In this document: one piece after another, positions 20,535-31,786 of the stretch
How positions within the stretch are numbered: the first letter of the stretch is position 1
How the letters are laid out: each line of letters opens with the position of its first letter
Program-made: the position numbers and the translations under genes
Origin: Leptolyngbyaceae cyanobacterium
GTDB taxonomy: Bacteria > Cyanobacteriota > Cyanobacteriia > Phormidesmidales > Phormidesmidaceae
Reading direction: 5' to 3'
DNA: 64,000 bases
Assembly: GCA_965263355.1 (NCBI GenBank)
Contig: CBDHHL010000032.1
Span: 3,424,001 to 3,488,000 of the forward strand
Notes under the pieces: generated by a model
Database searches by the model: none
Seen by the model: only the letters and a program-made list of their open reading frames with translations
What the model was told of the DNA's origin: nothing

Positions 20535-21272
20535 ATGCAACAACTAGCGAAGATGAGGCAGCGATGGCTACCATGGCTACTGGCCGCAACAATTCTAATC
20601 GTGGTGGGTGGTTTGCCCGCCCTGGCGCAAGAAGCGTCTACAACATCGCGTCTGTTGACTGTAACCGGCTATGGCCATGATCAAGCGCCCACTACATTGG
20701 CGGATATTACCTTGGGGTTAACCAGTAAAAGCGATAGCGCTAAGGCCACCTACGCACAGTTGGAAAAGCGTACAGCCGATGTTTCAAAGATGCTCAAGTC
20801 TCGCCAGGTGGACATCATTAAGCCCTCTAATGTGCAGCTAAATCTCAAGTATGGTCGGGATGGTAAACCCCAAAAGGATGATTATGAGGGGTATCGCAAC
20901 ATTGAGTTTCAGGTGTCTGCCGATGATATTGGTGTATTGGATGATGCGATCGCAACCGACATTGACCGGGTGCAAAACATTCGCTATTTAGCCACTGAAA
21001 AAGACCTTTTGGCTGCCCGTGATAGAGCCCTGGAGTCTGCTATTTCTGATGCCCAAGCCCAGGCTAAAGTCGCCCTGGATAAGCTGGGCTTTAGCCTGCA
21101 AGAGGTTGTCGATATTCAGATGAATGATGCCATCACCCAAGCTCCAGACCTTGATGCCGTCTCCCATGGTGATGGTTATGCCGACAGCAGTTGGTCTTCA
21201 AAAAATAACCTGACAGTAGAAGCTGGGGAGCAAGTTGTGGATGTGAGGGTGCTGTTAAAGGTGCGATATTAG
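20535..21272 (+). CDS. SIMPL domain (DUF541) periplasmic protein
   Basis: Signal peptide, LTVTGYG, A..DAQAQA, and GEQVVDVRVLLKVRY end. Confidence 0.85.
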   Translation: MQQLAKMRQRWLPWLLAATILIVVGGLPALAQEASTTSRLLTVTGYGHDQAPTTLADITLGLTSKSDSAKATYAQLEKRTADVSKMLKSRQVDIIKPSNVQLNLKYGRDGKPQKDDYEGYRNIEFQVSADDIGVLDDAIATDIDRVQNIRYLATEKDLLAARDRALESAISDAQAQAKVALDKLGFSLQEVVDIQMNDAITQAPDLDAVSHGDGYADSSWSSKNNLTVEAGEQVVDVRVLLKVRY

Positions 21273-21328
21273 TTGACTACTCATTTGCCGCCCTTACCCT
21301 GAATCGCATCGTAATGTCGTTATTGGCC

Positions 21329-21368
21329 CCCATTGTAGGGGCGTTGCATGTAACGCCCCTACAATGGG
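21329..21368. repeat. REP-like palindrome CCCATTGTAGGGGCGTT...AACGCCCCTACAATGGG between convergent genes
   Basis: 17-bp perfect arms with a GTAG-led core. Confidence 0.8.
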
Positions 21369-21407
21369 ATAACAACAGGACGACAGCAATGTGGTTCTGC
21401 TATTCTC

Positions 21408-22217
21408 CTAATTATTTGTTGGGTACAGTTCTAAGCTGTAGCGATAAAGGGCTACAGGTTGGTCAATTGCCTTAAAATAATCCGGATCCTGAGGAGATAA
21501 ATAGATCGCTGTAATTTGGTCAGCTGTAATCTTGTCCGGTGCAAGATGATAAGCTGTCGTATTTTCTACTTCGTTCAAATAAACAGATGATTGTCCACCG
21601 CGAAAAAACTGTTGAAACACTTCAGTGGTGATAAACGTATTGTTGTCGGGCTGTTCTACAGCTCTGTCAGTGACCGTAGACACAAGCTGTTGCCGGTCTT
21701 TTAAGCAGGTAATCTGGCGGTTAGGATTAGTCGGATCAACTTTGACAGATTGGACCCAATCGTCCCCCAGATAAGCGCGAGCGAGACTGAGCCCATTAAA
21801 TGCTCGATCCGAGACCACACCCTCTTTATTGTTTAAGGGACGGTTGAGAAACTTACCCTGGGCTACCCGTGCCTTGCGAAATCGAATATCCGCTTCAATC
21901 GGTACATTGAGGAACTGACGATTGCCTTCAAATCCTGGTGTGATTATCTCTGGGGCTAGCGGAGCATGTATTTCCAAGAGGGTAGAGGTCATCCGCCACG
22001 CACCACCCATCCATGTTGGGTATACCAAATCTCCCTCTGAGGGCTGTACCGGTGGTTTGTGAGACCAGTTGGGAAATGTTGATACCCGTTGAGTTAGGGA
22101 ACTGGCCATGGCTTCACCACTACACAGAAGCCATACCAAAAGCAATAGGGTTATCCAGATGAGTTTTCGTCCCAATCGTTTAATCAAAAACCGACGCATG
22201 ACCATGTCTATCACCAC
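21408..22217 (-). CDS. Conserved cyanobacterial protein (DUF6816-like)
   Basis: N-terminal signal/TM, YPTWMGGAW, DRAFNG, NPNRQ, PVALYRY. Start uncertain. Confidence 0.75.
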   Translation of the reverse strand: MVIDMVMRRFLIKRLGRKLIWITLLLLVWLLCSGEAMASSLTQRVSTFPNWSHKPPVQPSEGDLVYPTWMGGAWRMTSTLLEIHAPLAPEIITPGFEGNRQFLNVPIEADIRFRKARVAQGKFLNRPLNNKEGVVSDRAFNGLSLARAYLGDDWVQSVKVDPTNPNRQITCLKDRQQLVSTVTDRAVEQPDNNTFITTEVFQQFFRGGQSSVYLNEVENTTAYHLAPDKITADQITAIYLSPQDPDYFKAIDQPVALYRYSLELYPTNN

Positions 22218-22396
22218 AGCATCAGTTTAGTCTGAGGGTAGTGAAAATCAGTAATATCCTCTACCGTCCTCTAATTATCTAGGATGTTGTATAAGACTTT
22301 AAATATCGGGAGTACTCATAAAAGGCACTGTAGCCTGTGGGTATATTGCATCTGTCGATTGCGATATACCCATTATGTGGTTCCCGCTTACTGGTT

Positions 22397-23539
22397 ATGG
22401 ATAATCAAATTCTGCTGAAAGAAGCACTCACTGATGAGCTGGGATTGCTCTACAAAAATTTGACTCAGCTGACTGCTGTAAAATCACTGCCGGAGGATGA
22501 TTTACAGCTATTGCGGGGGTTAGTATCCGTATTACAGTTTGCGGCCCAGCAAATGACTCAACAACAAGCATCGGGCGGTAAGCTGACGGCAGATGTGGCT
22601 GCTTTGCGCGATCAGGTAGCCCAACTGCAGCAAGATAATAGCGTCTATCACAAACAGCTACAGTGGATTCAGGATCAGCTAGGGCTCTCACGGACCACGA
22701 CTGGTAAAACGCGGCTCAAAGCTACCCTCAAGCAAACATTGGACATGACGGTAGATATTGCTGGGGCCAACAGTGGCAGCATTTTTTTGCTGGATGATGC
22801 CAAAGTAGTGACGGCCTGCATATTGACTCGTTCTGGCACTACGGAACGGGAACGTCAGTATCTAGTGGGGCAGGTATTGGCAAACGGTCTAGCGGGCTGG
22901 GTTGTGGAACACCGCAAGGTAGAGATAATTGCCGATACACGTTTAGATAACCGTTGGATTAATTTGCCCGATCAGCCTTACAAAGTGTGCTCGGCGATGT
23001 GCGCACCGATGTTAAGCGGTAACCGCCTGGTAGGAGTAATGACTCTCACCCATGGGGAGCCTAGGCATTTTCAGCCACCAATTCCAGATTTGATTGGGGC
23101 GATGGCGGATCAGATGGCCCTGGTATTAGAAAATGGGCACTTGCAGTCGGTTAATCAAGACCTAAAGAAGCATTTAAGCCATTATCAGGAGTTTTGTCGT
23201 CAGCTGTTGTCTACTGAAATAGTGGGAGCAGTGGTCATACAAAATAAAAAGATTGTTCAGATCAATGGTCGAGCAGCCAAGCTGTTGGGGCAGACGCCCA
23301 AGGAATTATTACATCTACCCTCTATCACCAGCCTGATTGCTTATGAAGATCGAGATCGAGTCAATGCATCGTTGCATCAATGCATTGACAATGCCCAGCA
23401 GCGACTTGACCTAAATTTTGGCATCACCCATAAAGGTGGTCAGGTGATTGCGCTGAGCGCCCATGGTATTGCCTTTGAATTTCAGGAGAAACCGGCAGTG
23501 CTGTTAGTGTTGAACGAGCTGAACAAGTTGTTAGGTTAG
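22397..23539 (+). CDS. Coiled-coil + GAF + PAS domain protein
   Basis: GLAGWVVEH...SAMCAPM..VGVMTL GAF domain, followed by a PAS-like domain. Confidence 0.85.
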   Translation: MDNQILLKEALTDELGLLYKNLTQLTAVKSLPEDDLQLLRGLVSVLQFAAQQMTQQQASGGKLTADVAALRDQVAQLQQDNSVYHKQLQWIQDQLGLSRTTTGKTRLKATLKQTLDMTVDIAGANSGSIFLLDDAKVVTACILTRSGTTERERQYLVGQVLANGLAGWVVEHRKVEIIADTRLDNRWINLPDQPYKVCSAMCAPMLSGNRLVGVMTLTHGEPRHFQPPIPDLIGAMADQMALVLENGHLQSVNQDLKKHLSHYQEFCRQLLSTEIVGAVVIQNKKIVQINGRAAKLLGQTPKELLHLPSITSLIAYEDRDRVNASLHQCIDNAQQRLDLNFGITHKGGQVIALSAHGIAFEFQEKPAVLLVLNELNKLLG

Positions 23540-23630
23540 TAAATAGTGAGTGGGAATGGGGGAAAGTGACTAATACCTCTGCAGGCATGTCGCCTCCCCT
23601 TTCACCTAAAATATAGTCAGCTTTTTTCCT

Positions 23631-24242
23631 GTGCCCGTGCTCACTACTCCTAGTCGTCCAGTAACCATTAAGTTTTTAAAGACCCCTACGTCCCAGGCTT
23701 GGATTGATCAGGCCTTAGCAAACCTGGACGAAGTTATGCTGGATCATTCCCACTGTGAGCGTAAGGCAGCGGGGATAGCGATTAAGCTGATGTTTTTGTA
23801 TCCGAGTGATATTGCTTTAGTCGCTGCGTTAACGGACATTGCCCAGGAAGAACTGAGCCATTTCAAACAGGTGAATCAGTGGCTAGAACGGCGCGGTGTG
23901 CCCCTGCGGTCTCTGGCGGCAGGACCCTATGGCTCTAAGCTACGTAAGCATGTGCGACCTAATGACCCGGAGCGTAAGTTAGACCTGTTGTTAGTGTCTG
24001 CCTTAATTGAAGCTCGTAGCCATGAACGCCTCGGTCTTTTAGGAGACCATTGCCCAGAACCAGCACTGGCTAAGTTTTATCGCAGTTTGATGGCCTCTGA
24101 AGCTCGTCACTATGGGGCTTACTGGCTGCTGGCGACCAATGAGTTTGGGGCTGATGTGGTCACTCCTCGTTTAGAAGAATTAGCGGTGGCTGAAAGTGAG
24201 ATTTTGGCGACATTACATCCGGCACCGAGGGTGCATAGTTGA
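23631..24242 (+). CDS. miaE: tRNA-(ms2io6A37) hydroxylase MiaE
   Basis: DHSHCERKAA, EELSHF, EARSHERL and EARHY di-iron motifs. Confidence 0.92.
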   Translation: MPVLTTPSRPVTIKFLKTPTSQAWIDQALANLDEVMLDHSHCERKAAGIAIKLMFLYPSDIALVAALTDIAQEELSHFKQVNQWLERRGVPLRSLAAGPYGSKLRKHVRPNDPERKLDLLLVSALIEARSHERLGLLGDHCPEPALAKFYRSLMASEARHYGAYWLLATNEFGADVVTPRLEELAVAESEILATLHPAPRVHS

Positions 24243-24278
24243 GAATGAGTGTTGCGCGGTAAGGGTTGTACATGGTTT

Positions 24279-24758
24279 ATGAATACGTCTTTTAAGTCAT
24301 TTCTTATTCGCGATTGGCAATCTGCTGACCGAGAGTCTGCCGCTACCTTGATTGGCCAAGTCCTAACTGAGTATGGTCTGGGATGGGAGCCTGAGGGAGC
24401 TGATAGGGATGTGGTGCAGGTGGAAACTTACTACCAAGAGGGTGAGTTTTGGGTAGTGGAGCAGGCGGGGACAATTGTGGGGACGGCGGCTTACTTACCG
24501 ATAGAGCGGGGGAACCAGGCGGTGGAAATTCGGAAGATGTATTTGTTGCCGGTGGCTCGTGGTCAGGGGCTAGGACGATTTTTGCTGGGGCAGTTGGAGG
24601 CTGCGATCGCAGCCCAAGACTATAAAGAAATTTGGCTGGAAACCGCAACAGTGCTCAAAGCAGCCGTGCGGCTGTATGAAACCTCAGACTACTTGCCAGC
24701 GACTGGTGTAGAAACGACACGTTGCGACAGGGTTTATAAAAAACGCATTGCCCGGTAG
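24279..24758 (+). CDS. GNAT family N-acetyltransferase
   Basis: EIRKMYL..ARGQGLG acetyl-CoA motif. Confidence 0.9.
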   Translation: MNTSFKSFLIRDWQSADRESAATLIGQVLTEYGLGWEPEGADRDVVQVETYYQEGEFWVVEQAGTIVGTAAYLPIERGNQAVEIRKMYLLPVARGQGLGRFLLGQLEAAIAAQDYKEIWLETATVLKAAVRLYETSDYLPATGVETTRCDRVYKKRIAR

Positions 24759-24812
24759 GGGCTTCCCATGTGGACGCCCTGCCATGTGGATGCCCTGCCA
24801 TGTGGATGGCCA
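24755..24812. repeat. GTAG-led REP-like element with ~3 x 16-bp CCATGTGGA(C/T)GCCCTG units
   Basis: Read directly, immediately at the GNAT stop codon. Confidence 0.6.
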
Positions 24813-24967
24813 TCAGCCAGAATTTCCTGTAAGCCGCTATAATCAATCGGGCTAAACTTCATTGCCCATTGACGCAGCCGGCGCAAACCCATGTCCCTAT
24901 TTCTGGGGCAGGTATAAGACCGTGCCCCTACACCACTGCCCATGCACCACCCATTACTCACCGCCCT

Positions 24968-25453
24968 GTGATTGCAGTTTATCCTGGTAGCTTTGATCCC
25001 GTTACCTTGGGTCATCTCGATATCATTACCCGTAGCAGTGGTCTCTATGACCATGTGATTGTGGTGGTGTCACGCAACCCGATGAAAAATCCAATGTTTT
25101 CCGTTGAGAAGCGATTGATCCAAATCCGTCAGGCAACGGCCCATTTAGCCAACGTAGAAATCGATAGCTTTGATGGGTTAACGGTTAATTATGCCCATAA
25201 ACGTGATGCCAAAGTCCTGATTCGTGGTTTACGTGTACTATCAGACTTTGAGAAAGAGCTTCAGATGGCCCATACTAATAAGACCCTTGCAGACGACTTG
25301 GAAACCGTTTTTTTAGCGACGTCTACTGAATACGGCTTTTTAAGCAGTAGTCTAGTAAAGGAGATTGCAAGGTTTGGCGGAGCAATCGGTCATCTTGTTC
25401 CTGATCATGTTGCCCACGATATTCAGAAATGGTACGGCAAGAACCTCCAGTAA
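24968..25453 (+). CDS. coaD: Pantetheine-phosphate adenylyltransferase
   Basis: [26 protein letters not shown] 24968 start. Confidence 0.96.
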   Translation: MIAVYPGSFDPVTLGHLDIITRSSGLYDHVIVVVSRNPMKNPMFSVEKRLIQIRQATAHLANVEIDSFDGLTVNYAHKRDAKVLIRGLRVLSDFEKELQMAHTNKTLADDLETVFLATSTEYGFLSSSLVKEIARFGGAIGHLVPDHVAHDIQKWYGKNLQ

Positions 25454-26301
25454 ATGATCCTAGGTTAATCAACGATCCTAGGTTAAATGGCCAGGCCGAT
25501 GATGTCCTTGCACAGCAGCAGATCGGCAAGGCAGCGCCTGCAGCAGGATTTGATATTCAAGATGCGCTCAATCAGATTGAGGAATCTGTGCTGGATAGCC
25601 CTCGCTTACCGGTAATGGGCCGCACCATGATCAATGAGGATGATCTGCTGGACCAGCTCGATGCTGTGCGGTTGAATTTGCCTAGTGCGTTTCAGGAAGC
25701 TCAGCAGCTGCTACAGCAGCGTAACGAACTCCTCAGTGAAGCGGAGCGCTATGCCCAAGAAATTGTGGCCACCGCTGAAAAGCAGGCGGCTACAATTCTC
25801 AATGAGACGGCGATTTTACGGCAGGCAGAGCAGAAGGCTCAACAGCTGCGGCTGCAGGTGGAGCAGGAATGTGCAGCGTTGCGATCGCAGACCATGCTGG
25901 AAATCGAACAGTTACATCAGCAAACTACACAAGAATGTGAAGAATTGCGAAAAAACGCCATTAGCGAATGTCATGCGATTCAGACCGATGCAGATACCTA
26001 TGCCGATCAGGTATTGCAACGGATGGAAACCCAATTTAGCGAAATGCTCGATGTGATTAGCAATGGCCGTCAGCAGCTATATGAACGCCAGCAACGTGTT
26101 CGGCAGATGGCTCCGTCGGGAGGTGCAGGTGCATCCACTGGTGGAGATTTACCTGCTAGCCCCCTCAGTCGTCGTTCTGCATCCCAGCGTCCCCCTAGCC
26201 AGCAATCACCACCGTCGTCCTACAGCAGCAATCAACCACAGTCACAGCCACAGCCACAGCCACCACGGTCGCCGCAGCAGCGCCCTCCTCGGCGGTTTTA
26301 A
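25429..26301 (+). CDS. DivIVA-like coiled-coil cell division protein (Cdv3-like)
   Basis: [12 protein letters not shown], a long coiled coil, [12 protein letters not shown]-rich tail; directly downstream of coaD. Confidence 0.8.
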   Translation: MVRQEPPVNDPRLINDPRLNGQADDVLAQQQIGKAAPAAGFDIQDALNQIEESVLDSPRLPVMGRTMINEDDLLDQLDAVRLNLPSAFQEAQQLLQQRNELLSEAERYAQEIVATAEKQAATILNETAILRQAEQKAQQLRLQVEQECAALRSQTMLEIEQLHQQTTQECEELRKNAISECHAIQTDADTYADQVLQRMETQFSEMLDVISNGRQQLYERQQRVRQMAPSGGAGASTGGDLPASPLSRRSASQRPPSQQSPPSSYSSNQPQSQPQPQPPRSPQQRPPRRF

Positions 26302-26304
26302 CCT

Positions 26305-26931
26305 ATGATTGGCTACATCAAAGGGGGGTTAGCTGATATTCAGCGGCTGACCAATGGTCGTGTGATTATCACGGTTGACGTGAATGGCGTTGGCTATGAA
26401 TTACAGATCACGGCTCGGGTAATGGGCAATCTGCCACCCATCGGGGATGCGGTAGAAATTTTTACCCATCTACAAAATCGAGATGATCAGTCAGTGTTAT
26501 TTGGTTTTGGTTCGCGGGCCGAACGAGATGTCTTTCGGTTGGCCATCAGTGTCAGTGGTATTGGCCCCCAAATGGGGATGGCACTGATGGATACCCTAAG
26601 CCTCAACGACCTGGTGCAGGCGGTGGTGTCTGGTAATGCGCGTATTTTGTCCCAGACCCCTGGTGTGGGTAAAAAAACGGCTGAACGCATTATTCTGGAG
26701 CTGAAAACCAAGCTAGCTGAATGGCGTCAGCAAGCTGGATTGATCACTGCTCCTGCCGCTGGACCAGTATCAGTAGTCCAAGAGGACGTTGAAATGACCC
26801 TCTTGGCACTGGGGTATGCCAACAGTGAAATTACAAAGGCGCTTCAGGCTGTTGGTCAGAGCAAAACCCTCAGCAAAACAGCAGATACTGAAGCTTGGAT
26901 TCGTGAAGCCATTGTCTGGCTCAGCCAATAA
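26305..26931 (+). CDS. ruvA: Holliday junction branch migration protein RuvA
   Basis: NGVGYE, VSGIGP, PGVGKKTAERIILEL. Confidence 0.96.
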   Translation: MIGYIKGGLADIQRLTNGRVIITVDVNGVGYELQITARVMGNLPPIGDAVEIFTHLQNRDDQSVLFGFGSRAERDVFRLAISVSGIGPQMGMALMDTLSLNDLVQAVVSGNARILSQTPGVGKKTAERIILELKTKLAEWRQQAGLITAPAAGPVSVVQEDVEMTLLALGYANSEITKALQAVGQSKTLSKTADTEAWIREAIVWLSQ

Positions 26932-27051
26932 GAAACTCAAAGGTTGTAACGAAAACATGAGGCCTGTAACGATTCCTGATAAGTTTAATGAGCGCACTTT
27001 TTGTATCAAAATACACTGTTTGATCTATGTATGTGTGGGGCATCCTGCGCG

Positions 27052-27124
27052 TATATCACGTCCAAGTTGCAAACTGTAGGTTCTTCTAAGGAAAAACGAC
27101 CGTTCTGGACATGGACAAGGTTTA
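27052..27124 (+). mobile_element. MITE-like short element, copy 1
   Basis: TA..CACGTCCAAGTTG ... CTGGACATGGACAAGGTTTA; similar to the copies at 27518 and 54910. Confidence 0.65.
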
Positions 27125-27148
27125 TTCCAACAGATTCAGAGTCATTAG

Positions 27149-27517
<369 letters not shown>

Positions 27518-27520
<3 letters not shown>

Positions 27521-27589
27521 ACCACGTCCAAGTTGAAACCTGCGGTTCTTCTATAGAAAAACTCCAATGCTGGACATGGACAAGGTTTA
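27518..27589 (+). mobile_element. MITE-like short element, copy 2 (72 bp)
   Basis: Imperfect terminal inverted repeats TAAACCACGTCCAAGT / ACATGGACAAGGTTTA with TA ends. Confidence 0.7.
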
Positions 27590-28258
27590 ATTAATGCCTA
27601 CTTTCTTCAGTGCTACCTGCGCTGCCTTCTTTTCGGCATCTTGCTTACGCCGACCTTTGCCACGGCCATAGAGTAGTCCTTTAACGCGCACTTCAGCCGT
27701 AAATTGCTTTGCATGGTCTGGGCCGCTAGCAGCAATAATTTTGTAAGTAGGGACTTCCCCTAATTGATCTAAGGACCAGATTTGAAAGCGGCTTTTGTAG
27801 TTAATCTGAATAGCGGTTTCACTAACGGTATCAGCCACGCTGTCAAACATGGGGATAACATAGGCTCGCAGCACAGCCATATCCTGGCCACTATCTAGAA
27901 AGTAAGCGCCAATCAAGGCTTCAAAGGTACTGCATAGGACACGCTTACTATTGCGGCTATCACTATTCTCTGCGCCGCGGCTCAGGCGTAGATGTTTGTG
28001 TAGATTCAGTTGGCTGGCAAAATGGCTCAGCTGGTTTTCATCCACTAGAGCTGCCCGCAACGATGTGAGTTCACCTTCGGGACGGTCTGGGTAACGTTGG
28101 TACAGATATTCGCCACTGAGAAAGGTGAGGATAGCGTCGCCTAAAAATTCCAGTCGTTCATTGTCCGCACACTCATGTTCCTTGGCATAGGACTTGTGGG
28201 TGATGGCCAGTTGCCAGAGATGTGGATCATTGAATGTGGGGAGATAAAACGTGCTCAT
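27587..28258 (-). CDS. rnc: Ribonuclease III
   Basis: NERLEFLGDA signature, FEALIGA, C-terminal dsRBD. Confidence 0.95.
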   Translation of the reverse strand: MSTFYLPTFNDPHLWQLAITHKSYAKEHECADNERLEFLGDAILTFLSGEYLYQRYPDRPEGELTSLRAALVDENQLSHFASQLNLHKHLRLSRGAENSDSRNSKRVLCSTFEALIGAYFLDSGQDMAVLRAYVIPMFDSVADTVSETAIQINYKSRFQIWSLDQLGEVPTYKIIAASGPDHAKQFTAEVRVKGLLYGRGKGRRKQDAEKKAAQVALKKVGIN

Positions 28259-28429
28259 GCTCCCACCATAGCGTGGTTGGGCGCTATGTGATGTCTGAAT
28301 GGTCAGATGTTTAACCAGATTACTCTACCAGCTGCCACAGGTGTCTGCAGCAGCTAGTGGAGCTTTTAAGAATAGACGATTCAGGGTTCACATTAAACCA
28401 ATGCATAGGGAGTAATGCGAACATTTGAT

Positions 28430-31318
28430 TTATGCAAACACAAAGTTGTTGCTGGTCAGTGAATTTACATCTACGCCAACCAGGAGAACAGAGCTATCAT
28501 TACCCAGGACAATCAAGGCATCATTGCCAATCTGGTCAGTGGATCCCAATACAGCTTGAAAATCATTGAAGATCGAGCCAACATCAAGACTGTCATCAGT
28601 GATCGAGAAGTCTGTCACGATGTTGTTTCCAGCAAAGTCTTCAAATGTGAAGGTATCAAGGCCTAAACCTCCGGTTAGAAGATCATCATCTCCACCTCCA
28701 TTGAGGTTGTCGTTGCCGTCACCGCCAATAATCTCATCATTACCCAAGCCACCATTGACAATTACATCTTCTGAAGAGAGTTGGATAAAGCGATCACTGC
28801 CTGCCCCTAAACGGACGTCACCTTGAAGGGAACCTTCGTTCAAGATGTCGATATTACCCAGTGCGCCATCGGCATCAATGGCAAAACCATTACCGCCACT
28901 AATGGTGCCACTGTTGGTAATTTGACCATCAAAAATAATTCCAGCTTCAATTAGGATGCCTGCTTGTTGTTCCGAGGTGATGACACCATTTAGTTTGTTA
29001 GTGATAGTACCCGTAAATGTTGCTTCACTAAGGCCCGAGCCAACAAATAAACGGATACCGGCAGGGACATTGCGATCGCCTCTACCCTGAATAAAACCGC
29101 TGTTCGTGATATCAGCTGACAAGTCAAGATCATCAATGCCATCACCTAGGCCATTAGCTGTACCAACTTGTACTGAAATACCACTCCCAGCATTGCCTAT
29201 GCCTGCATCGATTGTACCCAACTGATTATTGATGGTGATATTGTCGGCAGTGCCATCTAGGTAAACTGTGCCATTTCGTTGGTTGCCAGTACCCAAAATG
29301 CTACCTTGATTAACCAGGGTAACATTGTCTCCGTCTATGTTAACGGCACGGCTACCGGATTCGATCTGACCAGAATTCACGATCTGTAGGTTATGGTCAG
29401 CGTTGCCAATGTAAAGACCGTTACGAGGCCCAGAGATCAGCTCGGTATTAACAATTTGACCGTCAAACGCCACACCATCTTCGATGACTACTCCACCTAA
29501 AAAGCCAGTATTGACGTCAGCGGTAATGGTGCCTTGGTTAACCACTGAACCAGAAACAATGGCGTCAGGCTGACCTGAACCATTGAAAAATCGTAGGCCA
29601 CTGGACCCATTCGACGCCACCCGAGCACCCTCGGCAAAGACCTCAGCCCCATCGCCCCGACCCTGGAGAAGTCCGCTATTGATGATGTTAATATTTTCAC
29701 TACTGGGGTCTTCAGCCGTGCCAACTTGAACAGAAATGGCATCGCCCAGATTACCTTCACCGGCATCAATGAGGCCTTGGTTATTGACAGTGATGTTGTC
29801 GCCAGTACCATCGATATAGACAGTGCCATTGCGTTGGTTGCCCGTGCCCACGATACTGCCTTGGTTTGAGAGAGTGACATTATCACCGTCTAAGTTGACA
29901 GCACGGCTGCCAGACTGAATTTGGCCAGAATTTAGCACTAAGAGATCGTGTTCGGCATTACCAATGTAGAGACCATTACGAGGGCCAGAGATTAAGTCAC
30001 TGTTAGTAATGCGGCCATCAAAGGCCACACCATCTTCAATGACTAAACCACCTAAAAAGCCAGTATTAACGTCAGCGGTGATGGTGCCTCGATTAATCAC
30101 TGAGCCAGAGACAGTGGCTTCAGATGCCCCCGAGCCATTAAAAAAGCGCAAACCACTGGAACCGTTTGATGCTACGCGAGCACCACTGGCAAACACATCC
30201 GGTCCATCGCCTCGCCCCTGGAGGAGGCCACTATTGACGATGTTAATAGCTTCACTGCTTGGGTCACCTGTGGCACCCACTTGAACAGAAATGGCATCGC
30301 CCAGATTGCCTTCACCTGCGTCAATCAGACCCTGGTTGTTTACAGTAACGTTGTCGGCAGTGCCATCCAGATAGATAGTGCCATTGCGCTGGTCGCCAGC
30401 GCCCACGATGTTGCCTTGATTGAGTAGGGTAACGTTATCCCCATCTAGGTTGACAACACGGCTACCCGACTCAATCTGACCAGAGTTGACGATTCGGAGA
30501 TTATGGTCAGCATTGCCAATGTAGAGACCGTTGCGAGGACCAGAGATCAGCCCGCTATTGGTAATGTTGCCATCAAAGGCCACGCCATCTTCAACAACCA
30601 GTCCCCCTAAAAAGCCAACATTGACTTCGGCAGTAATGGTGCCTCGGTTGGTCACTGAACCAGAGATGATTGACTCAGGTTGGCCCGAACCATTGAAAAA
30701 GCGTAGTCCGCTAGAGCCATTGGCTGCCACACGACTACCATTGGCAAAGACGTCAGGTCCATCACCCCGCCCTTGTAATAGCCCATTATTGGTAATGTTA
30801 ATATTTTCATTGCTAAGATCGCCAACAGCACCAACTTGGACAGATACGGCATCACCTAAGTTGCCCTCACCGGCATCGATGATGCCACTATTTAATAATC
30901 GCAGGTCATCGACGGTGCCATCTACATAGAGCGTGCCATTACGTTGATTACCTGTGCCTAAAATGTTGCCTGTATTTAAGATAAAAATGCCATCGCCGTC
31001 ACTGAGATCAACAGCACGGCTGCTAGATTGTATGGTGCCAAGATTTAATAATCTCAGATTATCTCCAGTGGAGCTGACACCATTTAAGTCTCCGGCAATA
31101 GAGCCTAAATTAAAAATAACAGCATTATCGCCACTAGCTTGAACAGCTGTGTTACCTGGATCCGATGCTGCAAGTGAGCCATTTGCTAGAACTGCTAATA
31201 ACGCCTGGTTGCCAGAGATATCGACAGCGGGTACACCCACCGAAGCTTGAAGATCTTCAAGAACAACTTCGACATCATTATCTAAGAGAGTAATAGAATT
31301 AGTAAGTTCGTTGGCCAT
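28430..31318 (-). CDS. Large Gly/Asn-rich beta-helix-like repeat protein with C-terminal RTX-type Ca-binding nonapeptides (probably secreted)
   Basis: 185-aa internal repeats; GGLGNDEII, GGDGNDNLN, GGGDDDLLT, GGLGLDTFT nonapeptides; no N-terminal signal peptide. Confidence 0.8.
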   Translation of the reverse strand: MANELTNSITLLDNDVEVVLEDLQASVGVPAVDISGNQALLAVLANGSLAASDPGNTAVQASGDNAVIFNLGSIAGDLNGVSSTGDNLRLLNLGTIQSSSRAVDLSDGDGIFILNTGNILGTGNQRNGTLYVDGTVDDLRLLNSGIIDAGEGNLGDAVSVQVGAVGDLSNENINITNNGLLQGRGDGPDVFANGSRVAANGSSGLRFFNGSGQPESIISGSVTNRGTITAEVNVGFLGGLVVEDGVAFDGNITNSGLISGPRNGLYIGNADHNLRIVNSGQIESGSRVVNLDGDNVTLLNQGNIVGAGDQRNGTIYLDGTADNVTVNNQGLIDAGEGNLGDAISVQVGATGDPSSEAINIVNSGLLQGRGDGPDVFASGARVASNGSSGLRFFNGSGASEATVSGSVINRGTITADVNTGFLGGLVIEDGVAFDGRITNSDLISGPRNGLYIGNAEHDLLVLNSGQIQSGSRAVNLDGDNVTLSNQGSIVGTGNQRNGTVYIDGTGDNITVNNQGLIDAGEGNLGDAISVQVGTAEDPSSENINIINSGLLQGRGDGAEVFAEGARVASNGSSGLRFFNGSGQPDAIVSGSVVNQGTITADVNTGFLGGVVIEDGVAFDGQIVNTELISGPRNGLYIGNADHNLQIVNSGQIESGSRAVNIDGDNVTLVNQGSILGTGNQRNGTVYLDGTADNITINNQLGTIDAGIGNAGSGISVQVGTANGLGDGIDDLDLSADITNSGFIQGRGDRNVPAGIRLFVGSGLSEATFTGTITNKLNGVITSEQQAGILIEAGIIFDGQITNSGTISGGNGFAIDADGALGNIDILNEGSLQGDVRLGAGSDRFIQLSSEDVIVNGGLGNDEIIGGDGNDNLNGGGDDDLLTGGLGLDTFTFEDFAGNNIVTDFSITDDSLDVGSIFNDFQAVLGSTDQIGNDALIVLGNDSSVLLVGVDVNSLTSNNFVFA
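29200..31050 (-). repeat. ~3.3 x 555-bp (185-aa) internal repeat
   Basis: QRNGT motif anchors (GTGCCATT) at 29268, 29823, 30378 and 30933, exactly 555 bp apart. Boundaries approximate. Confidence 0.85.
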
Positions 31319-31786
31319 GATTAAATGCCTCTAATGGAGTTGTTTAATCTGTTGCTATGGAATTAACAGATTTTGTTTACCTCTGCATCGTAAAAAGGCA
31401 GAGGTGAATACTGCTTGAGGCATAGGGCCTAAATTAAGACTAGGCCTAAAGACCTAACTCTCACTTTTATGTCAGCCTTGGAAAATATGAGAACTTTAAA
31501 GAAGAAATCTGCGGCATATCCAAGCAGGGGCTAATCTAAATCTCATTCCCAAAAAGTCTTTCTAAGCTAACACTCATCTAAAATGCTCGATTTTTGATTG
31601 GCTCGTTCAAAACAATTAAAGACTAAAAAGTCTATGCCCTTAGCTGACAAATAATTATCTTGAGCACAGTACTTTCTCAGTTGCTATTCATCTATCCTCA
31701 AAAGTTCAAATTCATACTATATGTTGTCGGGAAAGCACAAACTTTTCTTGATTCTTCTGGTGACGTTACAAAGGATGATGGCATAC

